Below, in pieces: positions 21,532-32,447 of a DNA stretch of 64,000 nt. The notes below the pieces were generated by a model. It did not search any database. It was not told the origin of the DNA and saw only the letters and a list, made by a program, of their open reading frames with translations. The DNA comes from a bacterium (GTDB lineage: Bacteria > UBA8248), in the NCBI GenBank assembly GCA_965199855.1, contig OZ241326.1:128001-192000 (forward strand), given 5' to 3'. Every line of letters starts with the position of its first letter. Position 1 is the first letter of the stretch. The translations under genes and the position numbers were made by a program.

Positions 21532-21610
21532 CGCGCTGGCCGCCCCCCTGGAACGTCTCTCACGGACGAAAAGCGGCGCGGCGGCCCGGCGGCCGCCCTC
21601 CGGAAAACGC

Positions 21611-23632
21611 TCACGCCCCGATCGCGCAGAGGAGGATTCGCTCCCCCTCCCTCGCGGCGAGCATGGCCATGGCGTCCGCCCCGAGGCCCACGGCGTCCTC
21701 CGGCAGCGCCTCGTCCGGCTCCGCCCACGCGCGCAGGGGCGCCCCCCGCCCGCCGCGCAGCTCGACCAGCGCGCCGCTCTCAAGGCCCCACGCCGCGAGC
21801 GTCGCCGGGTGCGCCCGGCACCGGCGGCGGGAATCTTCCCGATCCTCCCCGCCCCCGCGAACGACGCGCGGCGAAAGCCTCTCCTCGCGGGCGGCGCGCC
21901 GGCGCGCGGCCGTCTCCTCCGCGTTCACGGCGCCCCGACGGACGACGACGGCGTAGTCCTCCCGCGCGCCCGCCTCCGTCACGTAGCCCGCCTCCACGTC
22001 GGCGAGAACCGCCGCGTCCGCGCGATCGAGCGGATCCCCGAAGCCGCCGCCGCCCGAAGTCTCCATGACGAGAACGTCGCCCCGGCGAAGCGGGAAGCCC
22101 GCCGCCTTGCCGGGCGTCGTCGAGGGCGCGAGAATCTCCCCGCCCCGCTCCACGAAAAAGCGGTTGGGCTTTCCCGGCGCGCCGCCGAATATCCCGAACG
22201 GGGGGATGAGGTTCTTGTCCGAGGAGATCGACAGGAGCGCCTCCTCCGCCAGCACCTCCACCTCGCGCCTGAGGCCCAGCCCGCCCCGACGCGCCCCCGC
22301 CCCCCCCGAGTCCGCGCGCAGCGAGAGGCTCCTGACGCGCAGGGGCTGGCTCCGCTCGACCACCTCGACCGACTGGATCGAGGCGAAATCCCCCTCCGTG
22401 AAGTTCCGCGTGGCGCTGTTGCCGTCGCCCTCCCCGAACCCTCCCGTGCCGCCCGCCGGAAACTCGTAGAACAGGAAGGGCGCGCCGCCGCGCGCGCCGC
22501 TCCCGCCGACGCAGACGTGGTTCGACGTCCCCTTCAGGTCGCCCGTCACGGCGTCGGGCGAGAGCGGGGCGAGAGCGCCGATGAGGGCGGAGACCACCGC
22601 GTGGCTCACCTCCATCGAGCCCGCGCAGCTCGCCGGATAGCGCGCCGAGAGCAGGGAGCCCGGCTCCGCCCTGATGACGAGCGGACGAAACGCCCCCTGG
22701 TTGATCGCCCCCCTAGGGTCCAGGAGCGCCTTGACGACGCTGAAGGCCGCGGAGGGGGCCATGGCCGGCCCGACGTTGTAGGCACCCCTCGTCTGCGGGT
22801 CGGTGCCGTGAAAGTCGATGATCAGATCGTCGCCCGATTTCTCCACCCGCGCCCGGACGCGCAGCGGCGCGAGCGAGCGCCCGTCGTGATCCATGAAGTG
22901 CTCATAGACGGACGCCCCCTCGGGCAGGGCGGCGATTCCGCGCCGCATGGCCGCCTCGGCGCGCGCCAGCAGAAGATCCTTCGCGGCGAGCAGCCCCGGC
23001 CAGCCGCGCTTCGCCGCCAGCTCCCCCAGCCGCCTGTGCGCCGTATGGCACGTGGCCAGCATGGCGAAGAAGTCCCCCCGCCGCTCCTCGGGAACGCGCA
23101 CGTTGTGGAGGAGGAGGTCGAAGGCCGCCTGGTTGAGCTCCCCCTTCTCGATGATTCTCAGGATGGGGATGCGCACCCCGTCGTGGAGAATCTCCGTGTT
23201 CTTCCCCGAGATGCTCCCCGGCGTCGTTCCGCCCACGTCGCCCCAGTGGGCGCGGACGACCGGGTGGATGACCGGCTCCGCGCCGTGGAACAGGGGGGCG
23301 ATCATCGCCACGTCGTTCAGGTGCGTCCCCCCGGTGTAGGGGTCGTTGTGGAGGAACACGTCGCCCGGATGGACGTCCTCCCCGAAGCGCTCGCGCATCT
23401 GGGCGACCTCCATCGGCACGGGGAAGATGTGGACGGGGTTGTCCTCCGCCATGGCGACGAGCTGCCCCGCGCCGTCCACGAGCACGCAGGAGAAGTCGCG
23501 CCCCTCGTAGATGATGGAGGAATACGCCGCGCGCGCCATGTTCGCCCGCATCTCGCGGACGACGGCCACGAAGGATTCGTTGATCACCTCGAGGGAGACG
23601 GGGTCTATCTCCGGGACGGGTTCGCGGCTCAT
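21611..23632 (-). CDS. Hydantoinase B/oxoprolinase subunit with C-terminal extension
   Basis: NDPYTGGTHLND, HWGDVGG, GGGGFGDP. Confidence 0.92.
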   Translation of the reverse strand: MSREPVPEIDPVSLEVINESFVAVVREMRANMARAAYSSIIYEGRDFSCVLVDGAGQLVAMAEDNPVHIFPVPMEVAQMRERFGEDVHPGDVFLHNDPYTGGTHLNDVAMIAPLFHGAEPVIHPVVRAHWGDVGGTTPGSISGKNTEILHDGVRIPILRIIEKGELNQAAFDLLLHNVRVPEERRGDFFAMLATCHTAHRRLGELAAKRGWPGLLAAKDLLLARAEAAMRRGIAALPEGASVYEHFMDHDGRSLAPLRVRARVEKSGDDLIIDFHGTDPQTRGAYNVGPAMAPSAAFSVVKALLDPRGAINQGAFRPLVIRAEPGSLLSARYPASCAGSMEVSHAVVSALIGALAPLSPDAVTGDLKGTSNHVCVGGSGARGGAPFLFYEFPAGGTGGFGEGDGNSATRNFTEGDFASIQSVEVVERSQPLRVRSLSLRADSGGAGARRGGLGLRREVEVLAEEALLSISSDKNLIPPFGIFGGAPGKPNRFFVERGGEILAPSTTPGKAAGFPLRRGDVLVMETSGGGGFGDPLDRADAAVLADVEAGYVTEAGAREDYAVVVRRGAVNAEETAARRRAAREERLSPRVVRGGGEDREDSRRRCRAHPATLAAWGLESGALVELRGGRGAPLRAWAEPDEALPEDAVGLGADAMAMLAAREGERILLCAIGA

Positions 23633-23820
23633 GGATTCCCCGTTCGAGAGAAGGCTGCGGGCGACGGCGCCATTCTAGCCCGAATCCGGGGCCTTCTTCA
23701 TCCCGCGCCCGGAGAAGCCCGCCGCATCCCGCGCAAGGAATCGCCGCGCGTCCCCCCGCGAGGACGCGGGGTTCATGCCTTCGCAGGGGCGGTTCGGGAA
23801 CCGCCCGTTTTGGGGGGAGG

Positions 23821-24255
23821 CTAGAAGAAGAACTTGAGGAGGCCGAAGGTGAGGGTGACGTTCAGCCCCACGATCCCCAGCGCCATGCCGAACATGAACC
23901 TTTGCGTCCGCGCCTCGAGCCGCGCGATGGAGGTCTCCATCTCGCCCCGAAGCCCCGCGATGGACGCCTCCATCTCGCCCCGAAGCCCCGCGATGGACGC
24001 CTCCACCTCGCCCCGAAGTCCCGCGATGGACGCCTCCACGTCGCTCCGAAGGCTCGCGATGGACGCCTCCAGCCCCGTCCTCACCTCCTGTATCTCGGCC
24101 TGGAGCTCGGCCTTGACCTCCTGGAGGTCGGCTTTCGTGGCGACGCTGCCGGCGACGGCGTCCTTGAAGGTATCCACGACCGCGCGCGCCTGGGACTCCT
24201 CGAAGCCCGAATCCCGGAGCGACTCCATCGCCCGGAGCGTGTCGAAGCCGATCAT
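23821..24255 (-). CDS. DUF1640/CCDC90-like coiled-coil membrane-anchored protein
   Basis: FDT..LRDSGFEESQARA head, VATKADL neck, 11-residue repeats, C-terminal TM helix. Confidence 0.85.
   Translation of the reverse strand: MIGFDTLRAMESLRDSGFEESQARAVVDTFKDAVAGSVATKADLQEVKAELQAEIQEVRTGLEASIASLRSDVEASIAGLRGEVEASIAGLRGEMEASIAGLRGEMETSIARLEARTQRFMFGMALGIVGLNVTLTFGLLKFFF
23936..24071. repeat. 33-bp tandem repeat (about 4 copies) encoding EASIAGLRGE(V/M)
   Basis: CGCGATGGACGCCTCCA recurs every 33 bp. Confidence 0.9.
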
Positions 24256-24543
24256 CGCCCGCCTCCTCTCCGAAAGCTTTCACGCGAGGAAAGCATACCA
24301 CGCCCCGCGCCGGACGCGAAAGCGAAAAAGAGGATGCCCCCGGACGGGTTTTGTCTCCGTAGGGGCGGCCTCTGTGGCCGCTCTCGCCTCCGCCGAGGAT
24401 TCGGGAATGCGGGCGGTTCCCGAACCGCCCCTGCGGGATTATCGCGCCCCGGCGGGCCGGGGCGTCGGAGGCGGGGGCTCCCCTGCATTTTTTCCCGGAA
24501 GCGATTATACTGCCCCCCCACTTCGCTTCCCCGGAAGGAGGAC

Positions 24544-25032
24544 ATGGTGAAAGCGAGATCATCGGACAAGCCGAAACCGGGCGGGCGGACGCGGGCCGCC
24601 GCGTGGCTCGCCGCCCTCGCCCTCGCGCTTCCGGCGTCGGCGGGGGCGCTCCCCCCCGTCTTCTCCACCCCTTCGGGAGGCGCCATCCGCGGCTACGACC
24701 CGGTGGCCTATTTCACGGAGAAGCGCCCCGTGAAGGGCGAGATGGCCTTTTCGCACGAATGGAAGGGCGCGGTCTGGCGCTTCTCGAGCGCGCGGAACCT
24801 CGCGCTGTTCCGCGCCGCGCCCGGGAAATACGCCCCGCGATACGGGGGCTACTGCGCCTACGCCGTGAGCCGGGGCTACACCGCGAGCATCGACCCCGAC
24901 GCCTGGAGAATCGTGGAGGGGAAGCTCTATCTGAACTACAGCCCGGGCGTTCAGCGGCTCTGGGAGGCGGACGTCCCCGGAAACGTCAGGCGCGCCGACC
25001 GGAACTGGCCCGGGCTCCTCGGGAAGAGGTAG
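24544..25032 (+). CDS. Secreted YHS-domain protein
   Basis: Signal peptide; AIRGYDPVAYF, PRYGGYCAYAV, GKLYLNY, ADRNWP. Confidence 0.9.
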   Translation: MVKARSSDKPKPGGRTRAAAWLAALALALPASAGALPPVFSTPSGGAIRGYDPVAYFTEKRPVKGEMAFSHEWKGAVWRFSSARNLALFRAAPGKYAPRYGGYCAYAVSRGYTASIDPDAWRIVEGKLYLNYSPGVQRLWEADVPGNVRRADRNWPGLLGKR

Positions 25033-25069
25033 CCCGCGGGCCGCGGGCGGATTCGGCGAGGCCGCGGGG

Positions 25070-25765
25070 TCACTGCGGGGACGACTCGGGGCCGCGCCTC
25101 GGGTTGCGGCCCTCCACCATGAAGATCACCGCCTCGGCGATGTTCGTCGCGTGGTCGGCGATTCGCTCCATGTATTTCGAGATGAACGTCAGGCGGGTGC
25201 TCCGGCTGATGTTGCGCGGGTTGTCGAGCATGTAGGTGAGCAGCTCGCGGAAGAGCTCCTCGTTCATGTCGTCCACCTCGTCGTCGCTCGTGATGACCCT
25301 GCGCGCCAGCCCCACGTCCTCCCTGATGAAGCTGTCCAGGCACTCGCGCAGCATCCGGCTGGCGGAGGCGGCCATGCGGGGCAGCTCGACGTAGGGCTTC
25401 AGGGGAGGCTCCTCGTTGAGCTCCAGGGCGCGCTCGCACACGTTGACGGCCAGGTCGCCCACCCGCTCGAGGTCGGAGGCGATTTTGAGGCCCGTCGTGA
25501 TGAAGCGCAGATCCCCCGCCGTCGGCTGCCGCAGCGCCATCATCTGCATGCAGAGCTCGTTCACGTCCACCTCGAGCTGGTTGACCCGCGCGTCCTCCTC
25601 GATGACGGAGCGCGCGAGGTCGGAGTCGCGCCGGGTGAGGCTCTCGATGCTCTTCGCCGTCATCATCTCCGCCTTGGCGCTCATCTCCAGAATGAGGCGG
25701 CGCAGCTCCAGAAGCTCGCTCTCGTATTCGGAGCTCGTGTGGGTTTTTCCGCTCGTGAGGGCCAA
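25070..25765 (-). CDS. phoU: Phosphate signalling protein PhoU
   Basis: QPTAGDLR, DLERVGD, ERIADHATNIAE; GAGGAGG before TTG. Confidence 0.95.
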   Translation of the reverse strand: MALTSGKTHTSSEYESELLELRRLILEMSAKAEMMTAKSIESLTRRDSDLARSVIEEDARVNQLEVDVNELCMQMMALRQPTAGDLRFITTGLKIASDLERVGDLAVNVCERALELNEEPPLKPYVELPRMAASASRMLRECLDSFIREDVGLARRVITSDDEVDDMNEELFRELLTYMLDNPRNISRSTRLTFISKYMERIADHATNIAEAVIFMVEGRNPRRGPESSPQ

Positions 25766-25785
25766 TGCCGTCCTCCTCGCCGCGC

Positions 25786-26619
25786 CTAGCCGAACCTGCC
25801 GGTGATGTAGTCGGAGGTGCGGACGCGCATGGGATTCATGAAAATCTTCCTCGTCTCCCCGTACTCGATGAGCCGCCCCAGAAACATGAAGGCCGTGTTG
25901 TCCGAAACGCGGGCGGCCTGCTGCATGTTGTGCGTCACGATGACGATGGAGAAGTGCTCCTTGAGCTGGGCGATGAGATCCTCGATGCGCGCCGTGGCGA
26001 TGGGGTCGAGCGCCGAGCAGGGCTCGTCCATCAGGATGATTTCGGGCTCGGCCGCGATCGCGCGCGCGATGCACAGGCGCTGCTGCTGGCCGCCGGAGAG
26101 GCCGAGCGCGTTGTCCTGGAGGCGGTCGGACACCTCGTCCCAGAGCGCGGCGTCGCGCAGGGAGCGCTCGCAGGTCTCCTCCAGCAGGCGCCTGTCGCGC
26201 ACGCCGTCCACCCGCAGGGGATAGACGACGTTCTCGAAGACGGACATCGGGAAGGGGTTGGGCTTCTGGAACACCATGCCGAGGCGCTTGCGGAGCTCGA
26301 TGACCTCGACGCGCGGGTCGTGAATCTCGCTGCCGTCGATGAGGATGGATCCCTCGCGGCGGACGCCGTCGATGAGGTCGTTCATCCGGTTGAGCGCGCG
26401 CAGAAGGGTGGACTTCCCGCAGCCCGAGGGGCCGATGAGGGCGGTGACGAGCTCCTTCTGTATCTTCAGGCTGGCGCCGAACAGGGCCTGCTTCCCGCCG
26501 TACCAGAGGCTGAAGTCCTCGATGTCGATGACGCTCCCCCGCTCGCTCTCGACGGGATGATACGCCGTGGGCTCGAACCCGGCCTGCTGATCGGGGGCAG
26601 GCGCAGCGGTGACGGACAT
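25786..26619 (-). CDS. pstB: Phosphate ABC transporter ATPase
   Basis: [38 protein letters not shown]. Confidence 0.96.
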   Translation of the reverse strand: MSVTAAPAPDQQAGFEPTAYHPVESERGSVIDIEDFSLWYGGKQALFGASLKIQKELVTALIGPSGCGKSTLLRALNRMNDLIDGVRREGSILIDGSEIHDPRVEVIELRKRLGMVFQKPNPFPMSVFENVVYPLRVDGVRDRRLLEETCERSLRDAALWDEVSDRLQDNALGLSGGQQQRLCIARAIAAEPEIILMDEPCSALDPIATARIEDLIAQLKEHFSIVIVTHNMQQAARVSDNTAFMFLGRLIEYGETRKIFMNPMRVRTSDYITGRFG

Positions 26620-26635
26620 TTCAGGGCGTCTCCAT

Positions 26636-28462
26636 TCAGAATTGGCCTTCCACGAACTTCCGGCGAAGGCGGTTGCGCACCATGATGGCGAAGGCGTTCA
26701 TCAGGGCGATGATGGCGATGAGCAGAAGCGTCGTGACGAAGACCATGGGCTTTCCCGCCTCGGAGTTTCGGGACTGGAAGCCCACGTCGTAGATGTGGAA
26801 GCCCAGGTGCATGAAGCTCCGCTCCAGGTGCAGGAACGGAAAGAAGCCGTCGAAGGGGAGCTCGGGCGCCAGCTTCACCACCCCCACGAGCATGAGCGGG
26901 GCGACCTCGCCCGCCCCGCGCGCCATCGCCAGGATGAGGCCGGTCATGACGCCCGGCATGGCCTGGGGCAGGACGATGTTGCGGATGGTCTGCCACTTCG
27001 AGGCGCCGCAGGCCAGCGAGCCCTCCCGCATGGAGCGGGGAACGGCGGCGAGCGCCTCCTCGGTCGCCACGATGACGACGGGAACGGTGAGGAGCGCCAG
27101 CGTCAGCGACGCCCACAGGAGGCCGCCCGTCCCGAACGTCGGGCTGGGCAGCCGCTCGGGATAGAACAGCTGGTCGATGCGCGCGCCCACGGTGTAGGCG
27201 AAGAACCCGAGTCCGAACACGCCATAGACGATGGAGGGCACCCCCGCCAGGTTGTTCACGCAGATGCGCACGATGGAGACGAGCGTCCCCTGCCTGGCGT
27301 ATTCGCGCAGATACAGCGCCGTGACGACGCCGAAGGGCGCGACGAAGACGACCATGAGCAGGGTCATCATCACGGTGCCGAATATCGCCGGCAGGACGCC
27401 GCCCTCGGTGTTCGCCTCCCGGGGGTCGTCCGTCAGGAACTCCGTCCATCGGGAGAAATAGACGCCGAGCCTGCCCCCGACCGAGAGGCGGTTCGCCGGG
27501 TAGAGGCGCACCACCTCGGAGAGCCGCAGGGTCTTCTCGCGCCCGCCGATCTCCCGCAGGGTGATGGTGAACCGCGCGTCCTCCCCGTTGATCGAGGTGA
27601 TTTTTTTCTTGAGCGCGGCGAAGCCCCCGCGCATCGCCCGCGTCCGCCGCTCGAACCTCTCCTTCCCGGCGCGATGCGCCGCGCTGCCCGCGCCGTGTTC
27701 GAGCGCGGCGCGGCGCAGGGCGAGCCGCTCCTTCTCGATGTAGTAGTTGACGGCGCCTATCTCGTCCACCTCGATGGCGCGAACCGCGCGCCGGCGGGCG
27801 AGCGCCCGAGCGTGGGCGGCGTATAGTTCGTCCAGCGAGAGGCGCCCGCCCTCGACGCGGCGCGCGCCCAGCCTCAGCTCCTTGACGAAGCCGATGAAGG
27901 GGCCCCACTCCGCGCGCTCGACGAAGAAGACGTCGGGCGGCTCCTCGACGCCGGCGACCTCGTGATCCGCCGCCCATCTGAAGTCCTCGTTGTAGAGGTC
28001 GAAGTTTCCGATGCGGTAGAGGGTGCGGCCGGCGAACCCATCCGCCTCGGCGACGGCGCGGCGCGAGGCGGCGTCGAGCGCCTTCAGCTGCGCTTCGGAG
28101 GGGCGGAAGCGCTCGGAGCGAAACGGCTCGCCGGCGATGCGCCCGCCGCTCTTGAGCGTCACCACCCGCACCGGGCCCGGGTAGAACGTCACGATGCCGT
28201 TCCACAGGACGAGGGCGAGGAAGCCCGCGATCATCAGGACGCCCAGGGCGAGCGCGCCGCCCATGATCCAGACGAACGGCTCGCCCCTGGCCTTGAAGTC
28301 CATCCCCGAGCGAAGCCCGCCCCGGGAGGAGCCCTCCCTCGCCTCCGCGCTCCTCTCCCCCTCGGAAGAGGGCGGCGGCGCGCCGCTTTCGGCCCGGGGC
28401 GCCGGCGGGGGCGTCCCCGCCCCCGCGCCGCTCTTCGGCTTCTTCGGCTCTTTCGTCCTCAT
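26636..28462 (-). CDS. pstA: Phosphate ABC permease PstA (long form)
   Basis: [32 protein letters not shown]. Confidence 0.94.
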   Translation of the reverse strand: MRTKEPKKPKSGAGAGTPPPAPRAESGAPPPSSEGERSAEAREGSSRGGLRSGMDFKARGEPFVWIMGGALALGVLMIAGFLALVLWNGIVTFYPGPVRVVTLKSGGRIAGEPFRSERFRPSEAQLKALDAASRRAVAEADGFAGRTLYRIGNFDLYNEDFRWAADHEVAGVEEPPDVFFVERAEWGPFIGFVKELRLGARRVEGGRLSLDELYAAHARALARRRAVRAIEVDEIGAVNYYIEKERLALRRAALEHGAGSAAHRAGKERFERRTRAMRGGFAALKKKITSINGEDARFTITLREIGGREKTLRLSEVVRLYPANRLSVGGRLGVYFSRWTEFLTDDPREANTEGGVLPAIFGTVMMTLLMVVFVAPFGVVTALYLREYARQGTLVSIVRICVNNLAGVPSIVYGVFGLGFFAYTVGARIDQLFYPERLPSPTFGTGGLLWASLTLALLTVPVVIVATEEALAAVPRSMREGSLACGASKWQTIRNIVLPQAMPGVMTGLILAMARGAGEVAPLMLVGVVKLAPELPFDGFFPFLHLERSFMHLGFHIYDVGFQSRNSEAGKPMVFVTTLLLIAIIALMNAFAIMVRNRLRRKFVEGQF

Positions 28463-28469
28463 CCCGCCC

Positions 28470-31097
28470 TCACAGCTGCGACGCGCGCTTGCGGAAGCGG
28501 AGCCGGACGACCTCCGCGATCGTGTTGACGACGAACGTCATCGAGAACAGAACGAGCGCCGCGAGGAACAGCACCCGGTAGAGCGTTCCGTCCTTGACGG
28601 CTTCGGGAAGCTCGACGGCGATGTTCGCCGAGAGCGCCCGGAGCCCCGAGAAGACGTTCCAGTCCAGCACCGGGGTGTTGCCCGCCGCCATGACGACGAT
28701 CATGGTCTCGCCCACCGCGCGGCCCATGCCGATCATGACGGCGGCGAAAATTCCGCTGGCCGCGGTGGGCAGGATGACCCAGAGCGCCGTCTGCCAGGGC
28801 GTCGCTCCGCAGGCGAGGCTCGCCGCCCGGAGGTGGCCCGGCACGGAGTCGAGCGCGTCCTCGGCGATGGTGTAGATGATCGGAATGACGGCGAAGCCCA
28901 TCGCGAAGCCCACGACGAGGGCGTTGCGCTGGACGTAGGTGTCGATGACGCCGCCGCGGGCGTCAAGGCCCAGGGCGGCGAGCGCGAGCGCCGCGGCCCA
29001 GCCCAGCAGGGCGGCGGCGGCGAGCGTCCCCGTCCAGCGGAGGAGCTCGAGCGAGGCGGCGCGCGCGTGCGGCATCCGCCTGAGCTTCCGCCTCCACGCG
29101 AAGCCCAGGAGCCGCTCGGCGCAGAAGGCGGCGGCGAGAAAGGAGACGGGCAGGAAGATGAGGAACAGCATCGGCGTCGCCAGCCCCACGTTCCCGTTCG
29201 CCCACGCCTTGAAGTCGCCGCCGAAGAAGAGGCCCTCGAAGCCCGGCGCGAGCAGGCGGCCCAGCGCGCCGCCCAGAACGATGACGAGGAACAACAGGCC
29301 GATTTTCGGAAACCCCGACAGCGGAAGGGCGGCGCGGGGCGGCATCAGCTGCCAGAGATAGGCCGAGAGCAGAAGGAGAAGCGGAATCAGCGCGAAGGCG
29401 AGGAGCACCGCGGCGATCCACGTCTCCACGACGGGCGCGAGAATCAGGGCGGCCACGAAGCCGAGCACCACCGAGGGGAGCGAGGCCATCATCTCCATCG
29501 CGGGCTTCACGACGGAGCGGATTTCGGGGCCGATGAACTCGGAGGTGAAAATCGCGCCCAGCACCGCGATGGGAATGGCGAATATCAGGGAATAGACCGT
29601 CCCCTTGATGGTTCCGAAGATCAAAGGAATGAGCGATATCTTCTCCTCGAAGGCGTCGTCTCCCGAGGAGGACTGCCAGGTGTATTCGGGTTCGGGATAC
29701 CCCTCGTACCAGACTTTTCCGAACAAGGTCTGAAAGGTCGTCTCGGGGTGCTCGGCCGAGAATCTCCAGAAGTTCACCGCGCCGCTCTGATCCGCCAGGA
29801 GGATCGCGTCGTCCCGCGGCGAGAGGCGGATGAAGCGGCGACCGCCCGCCATGCCCTTCGCGCGCAGGCGCAGGAGCGTCGCCTCGCTCGTGGAATGGCG
29901 CAGCCAAACGGCGCCTCCCTCGTCCATGGTGACGAACATCCGGCTTCTCGCGGAGGCGGAGAAGCCCGAAACGGCCGCGGCGTGCCCCTCCAGTTCGTGG
30001 GCGCGCGCCATCGCCAGCCCGTCCGGCGCCGCCGCCCCGGGCCTGCGGACGCGGAAAAAGACGTTCAGGGAGCCTCGCGAGCCTCCCGCGACGACGGCCT
30101 CCTCGCCGATGAGAAAGTGGAACGCCGTCAGCTTCTCGCCGGGGGGCAGGAGGTCCCGCTTCTCCACGAGGGAGACGGCGCCGAAGTTCCTCGCGTCGTA
30201 GCGGAAGAGCGTCCCCCTCTCGGAGCCGATATAGACCGCGTCGGCCTTCTCCGTGAGGAGGACGCCCAGGATGCGCGCCCGGCGGGGCAGGTCGGGCAGA
30301 ACCACGCTCTCCACGGACGAGGTGGAGAGGCCCGTGAGGAGGTTCACCCGCGTCTGCGTGAGGCTCAGGCGCGCCACGCCCCCGGCGTCCACCGTGGCGA
30401 AGGAGATGCTCGGGCGCTCGGGCGTCCCGCCCACCTTGTAGTCCAGCCTGAGGATGGGCGTCCCCGGCGGCGCCGCCTGCTGCGGCGCGCCCAGATCCGC
30501 CTCCACCCAGACCCTGCGCATCTGATCGCCGGGAATCCTCGAGAAGACGGAGCGGCCGTCGCTCAGGTCGCGATCGTCGATTCCGGCGAGGCCCGCGGGC
30601 GCCCGCCCGGCGGGCAGGACTTTCGAGCGGAACCGGATTTTGCCGAAGCGGACCGTTCCGTCCGCGAAGCCGAAGGCCGCGTTGCCGCCCTTGAGCGTAC
30701 GCGCGAAGGCGGTCGCCCGCGTCCCCCCGAAGTCGAGTTTGAGCGGCTTGAGCGGCCTTCCCGTCGACGCGTGCGCGGGCGTCAGGGTACCGTCCGCCGA
30801 GACGAGGACGGCCACGCTGTTGTAGTCGTCCACCTCGACGCTCAGGAGGGGGCTTTTCGGAGGCGCGACCCGGAAGGAGGCCGAGCCGGTCAGCGACTCG
30901 CCGGCGAACAGGGGAAGGGCCACGGCGACCAGAAACACCATGATGCCCAGGACGGCCAGAATGACGAACAGCCCGCCGACGGCGATGACGCGGCCGGCGA
31001 GCCTGTCGATGACGCGGACGGAGCGCCTCGCGCCCGGGTCGCGGCGGCGCCCGCCCCGTCCCTCGCCGTCCCCCCGTGAGGCCCGCCGCTCGCTCAT
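28470..31097 (-). CDS. pstC: Phosphate ABC permease PstC with a large periplasmic (beta-propeller-like) domain
   Basis: KVWYEGYPEPEYTWQS, MASLPSVVLG, GRAVGETM. Confidence 0.92.
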   Translation of the reverse strand: MSERRASRGDGEGRGGRRRDPGARRSVRVIDRLAGRVIAVGGLFVILAVLGIMVFLVAVALPLFAGESLTGSASFRVAPPKSPLLSVEVDDYNSVAVLVSADGTLTPAHASTGRPLKPLKLDFGGTRATAFARTLKGGNAAFGFADGTVRFGKIRFRSKVLPAGRAPAGLAGIDDRDLSDGRSVFSRIPGDQMRRVWVEADLGAPQQAAPPGTPILRLDYKVGGTPERPSISFATVDAGGVARLSLTQTRVNLLTGLSTSSVESVVLPDLPRRARILGVLLTEKADAVYIGSERGTLFRYDARNFGAVSLVEKRDLLPPGEKLTAFHFLIGEEAVVAGGSRGSLNVFFRVRRPGAAAPDGLAMARAHELEGHAAAVSGFSASARSRMFVTMDEGGAVWLRHSTSEATLLRLRAKGMAGGRRFIRLSPRDDAILLADQSGAVNFWRFSAEHPETTFQTLFGKVWYEGYPEPEYTWQSSSGDDAFEEKISLIPLIFGTIKGTVYSLIFAIPIAVLGAIFTSEFIGPEIRSVVKPAMEMMASLPSVVLGFVAALILAPVVETWIAAVLLAFALIPLLLLLSAYLWQLMPPRAALPLSGFPKIGLLFLVIVLGGALGRLLAPGFEGLFFGGDFKAWANGNVGLATPMLFLIFLPVSFLAAAFCAERLLGFAWRRKLRRMPHARAASLELLRWTGTLAAAALLGWAAALALAALGLDARGGVIDTYVQRNALVVGFAMGFAVIPIIYTIAEDALDSVPGHLRAASLACGATPWQTALWVILPTAASGIFAAVMIGMGRAVGETMIVVMAAGNTPVLDWNVFSGLRALSANIAVELPEAVKDGTLYRVLFLAALVLFSMTFVVNTIAEVVRLRFRKRASQL

Positions 31098-31133
31098 GTC
31101 TCCCGCTTTCGGCGCGCCGGAACGGAAGCGGCT

Positions 31134-32144
31134 CTAGTTGCTGCCCAGCCCGAGGGAGAGCGCCCCCAGGTCCTGCTGGGCGATGGCCGCGTTCACCGGG
31201 AAGAAGCCCGCCTTGATGACCGCCTGCTGGCCGGCCTTCGAGAAAATGTACTTGATGAACTCGGCCCGCAGGGGATCGAGGGCGCGGTTCGGGTTCTTGT
31301 TGACGTAGACGTAGAGGAAGCGCGCGATCGGGTAGTTGCCGGCGTAGGCTTCCTTCGCGCCGGGCTCGTAGCAGGTCGCGCCCGCCTTCTTGGAGATCGG
31401 CAGCGCGATGACGTCCGCCGTCTTGTAGCCGATGCCGGAGTAGCCGATGGCGAACTTGTCGGACGCCACGCCCTGCACCACGGCCGAGGAGCCGGGCTGC
31501 TCCTTCACGGAGTCCTTGTAGTCGCCCTTGAAGAGCGCCACCTTCTTGAAGTAGCCGTAGGTGCCCGAGGCCGAGTTGCGGCCATAGACGGAAATCGGCT
31601 TGCTCGCCCACGCGCCGGAGAGGCCGGTCCGCCCCCAGGCGTCGATGCTCGTCCTCATGCCGCCCTTGCGGGTCTTGGAGAAAATCGCGTCCACCTGCTG
31701 GAGGCTCAGGCACTTGAGGGGGTTGTCCTTGTTCGTGAAGACGGCCAGGGCGTCCACGGCGACGCGGATGCGGTCGGGCTTGTAGCCGAACCGCTTCTCG
31801 AAGGCGTCCGTCTCCTTGGACTTCATGGCGCGCGACATCGGCCCGAAGTTCGAGGTTCCGGCGATGAGGGCGGGCGGGGCGGTGGAGGAGCCCTTGCCCT
31901 CGATCTCGATCTTCACGTCCGGATAGGCGCGCTTGAAGCCCTCGGCCCAGAGCGTCATCAGGTTGTTCAGCGTGTCCGAGCCCACGGACTTCACGTTGCC
32001 CGAAACGCCGCTGGTCGCCTTGTAGGCGGGCAGCTTCGTGTCCACCGTCAGGGCGGCGTCGCCGGGCGCTGCGGCGAGGGCGAGGCATACGGCGGCGAGG
32101 GCGGCCAGCCCCCGGACTTTCACAACTCTTCTCGTTGCCGACAT
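31134..32144 (-). CDS. pstS: Phosphate-binding protein PstS
   Basis: Signal peptide; SVGSDTL, GSSTAPPAL, RNSASGTY. Confidence 0.95.
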   Translation of the reverse strand: MSATRRVVKVRGLAALAAVCLALAAAPGDAALTVDTKLPAYKATSGVSGNVKSVGSDTLNNLMTLWAEGFKRAYPDVKIEIEGKGSSTAPPALIAGTSNFGPMSRAMKSKETDAFEKRFGYKPDRIRVAVDALAVFTNKDNPLKCLSLQQVDAIFSKTRKGGMRTSIDAWGRTGLSGAWASKPISVYGRNSASGTYGYFKKVALFKGDYKDSVKEQPGSSAVVQGVASDKFAIGYSGIGYKTADVIALPISKKAGATCYEPGAKEAYAGNYPIARFLYVYVNKNPNRALDPLRAEFIKYIFSKAGQQAVIKAGFFPVNAAIAQQDLGALSLGLGSN

Positions 32145-32200
32145 TCTCTTTTCTCCTTTCGTCGAACGGGTTGAAACTACGGGAAAAAACGAGAGACTTT

Positions 32201-32229
32201 GTTGCGTTTCCATGACAGAACGGTGAATT
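32201..32229 (-). promoter_or_regulatory. Pho box array (proximal to pstS)
   Basis: Minus strand ATTCAC-CGTT-CTGTCAT-GGAA-ACGCAAC, 11-bp period, includes the consensus CTGTCAT. Confidence 0.75.
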
Positions 32230-32418
32230 TCCCGCGACATCGACGCTCCCCCCTCCCCCGAGACGGGGAACCGACCCTCCCGTCGCTGCGGCGCGAACAC
32301 CGGAGCGTCCGGGAGCGGCGTCGCCTTTTCACATCGGCCATCAGCCGCGAGCGAAGGCGCTCTCTCCCGCGATGCGCTCCCAAGACGGGAGGAATATAGA
32401 AAATTACGGAGCCGGAAA

Positions 32419-32447
32419 GTTGCGAAAAGGTGACGATTGGGTGATTT
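32419..32447 (-). promoter_or_regulatory. Pho box array (distal)
   Basis: Minus strand AATCAC-CCAA-TCGTCAC-CTTT-TCGCAAC, 11-bp period. Confidence 0.65.

Noticed and set aside
23936-24071. CRISPR or non-coding repeat
   Set aside because: In-frame coding repeat of a coiled-coil protein, with no spacers
24544-25032. YHS protein as a third selenoprotein
   Set aside because: The GGYCAY position is TGC (Cys); no in-frame TGA
26636-31097. Unusually long PstC and PstA as a novelty
   Set aside because: Long forms with large periplasmic domains are already known in other Gram-negative bacteria
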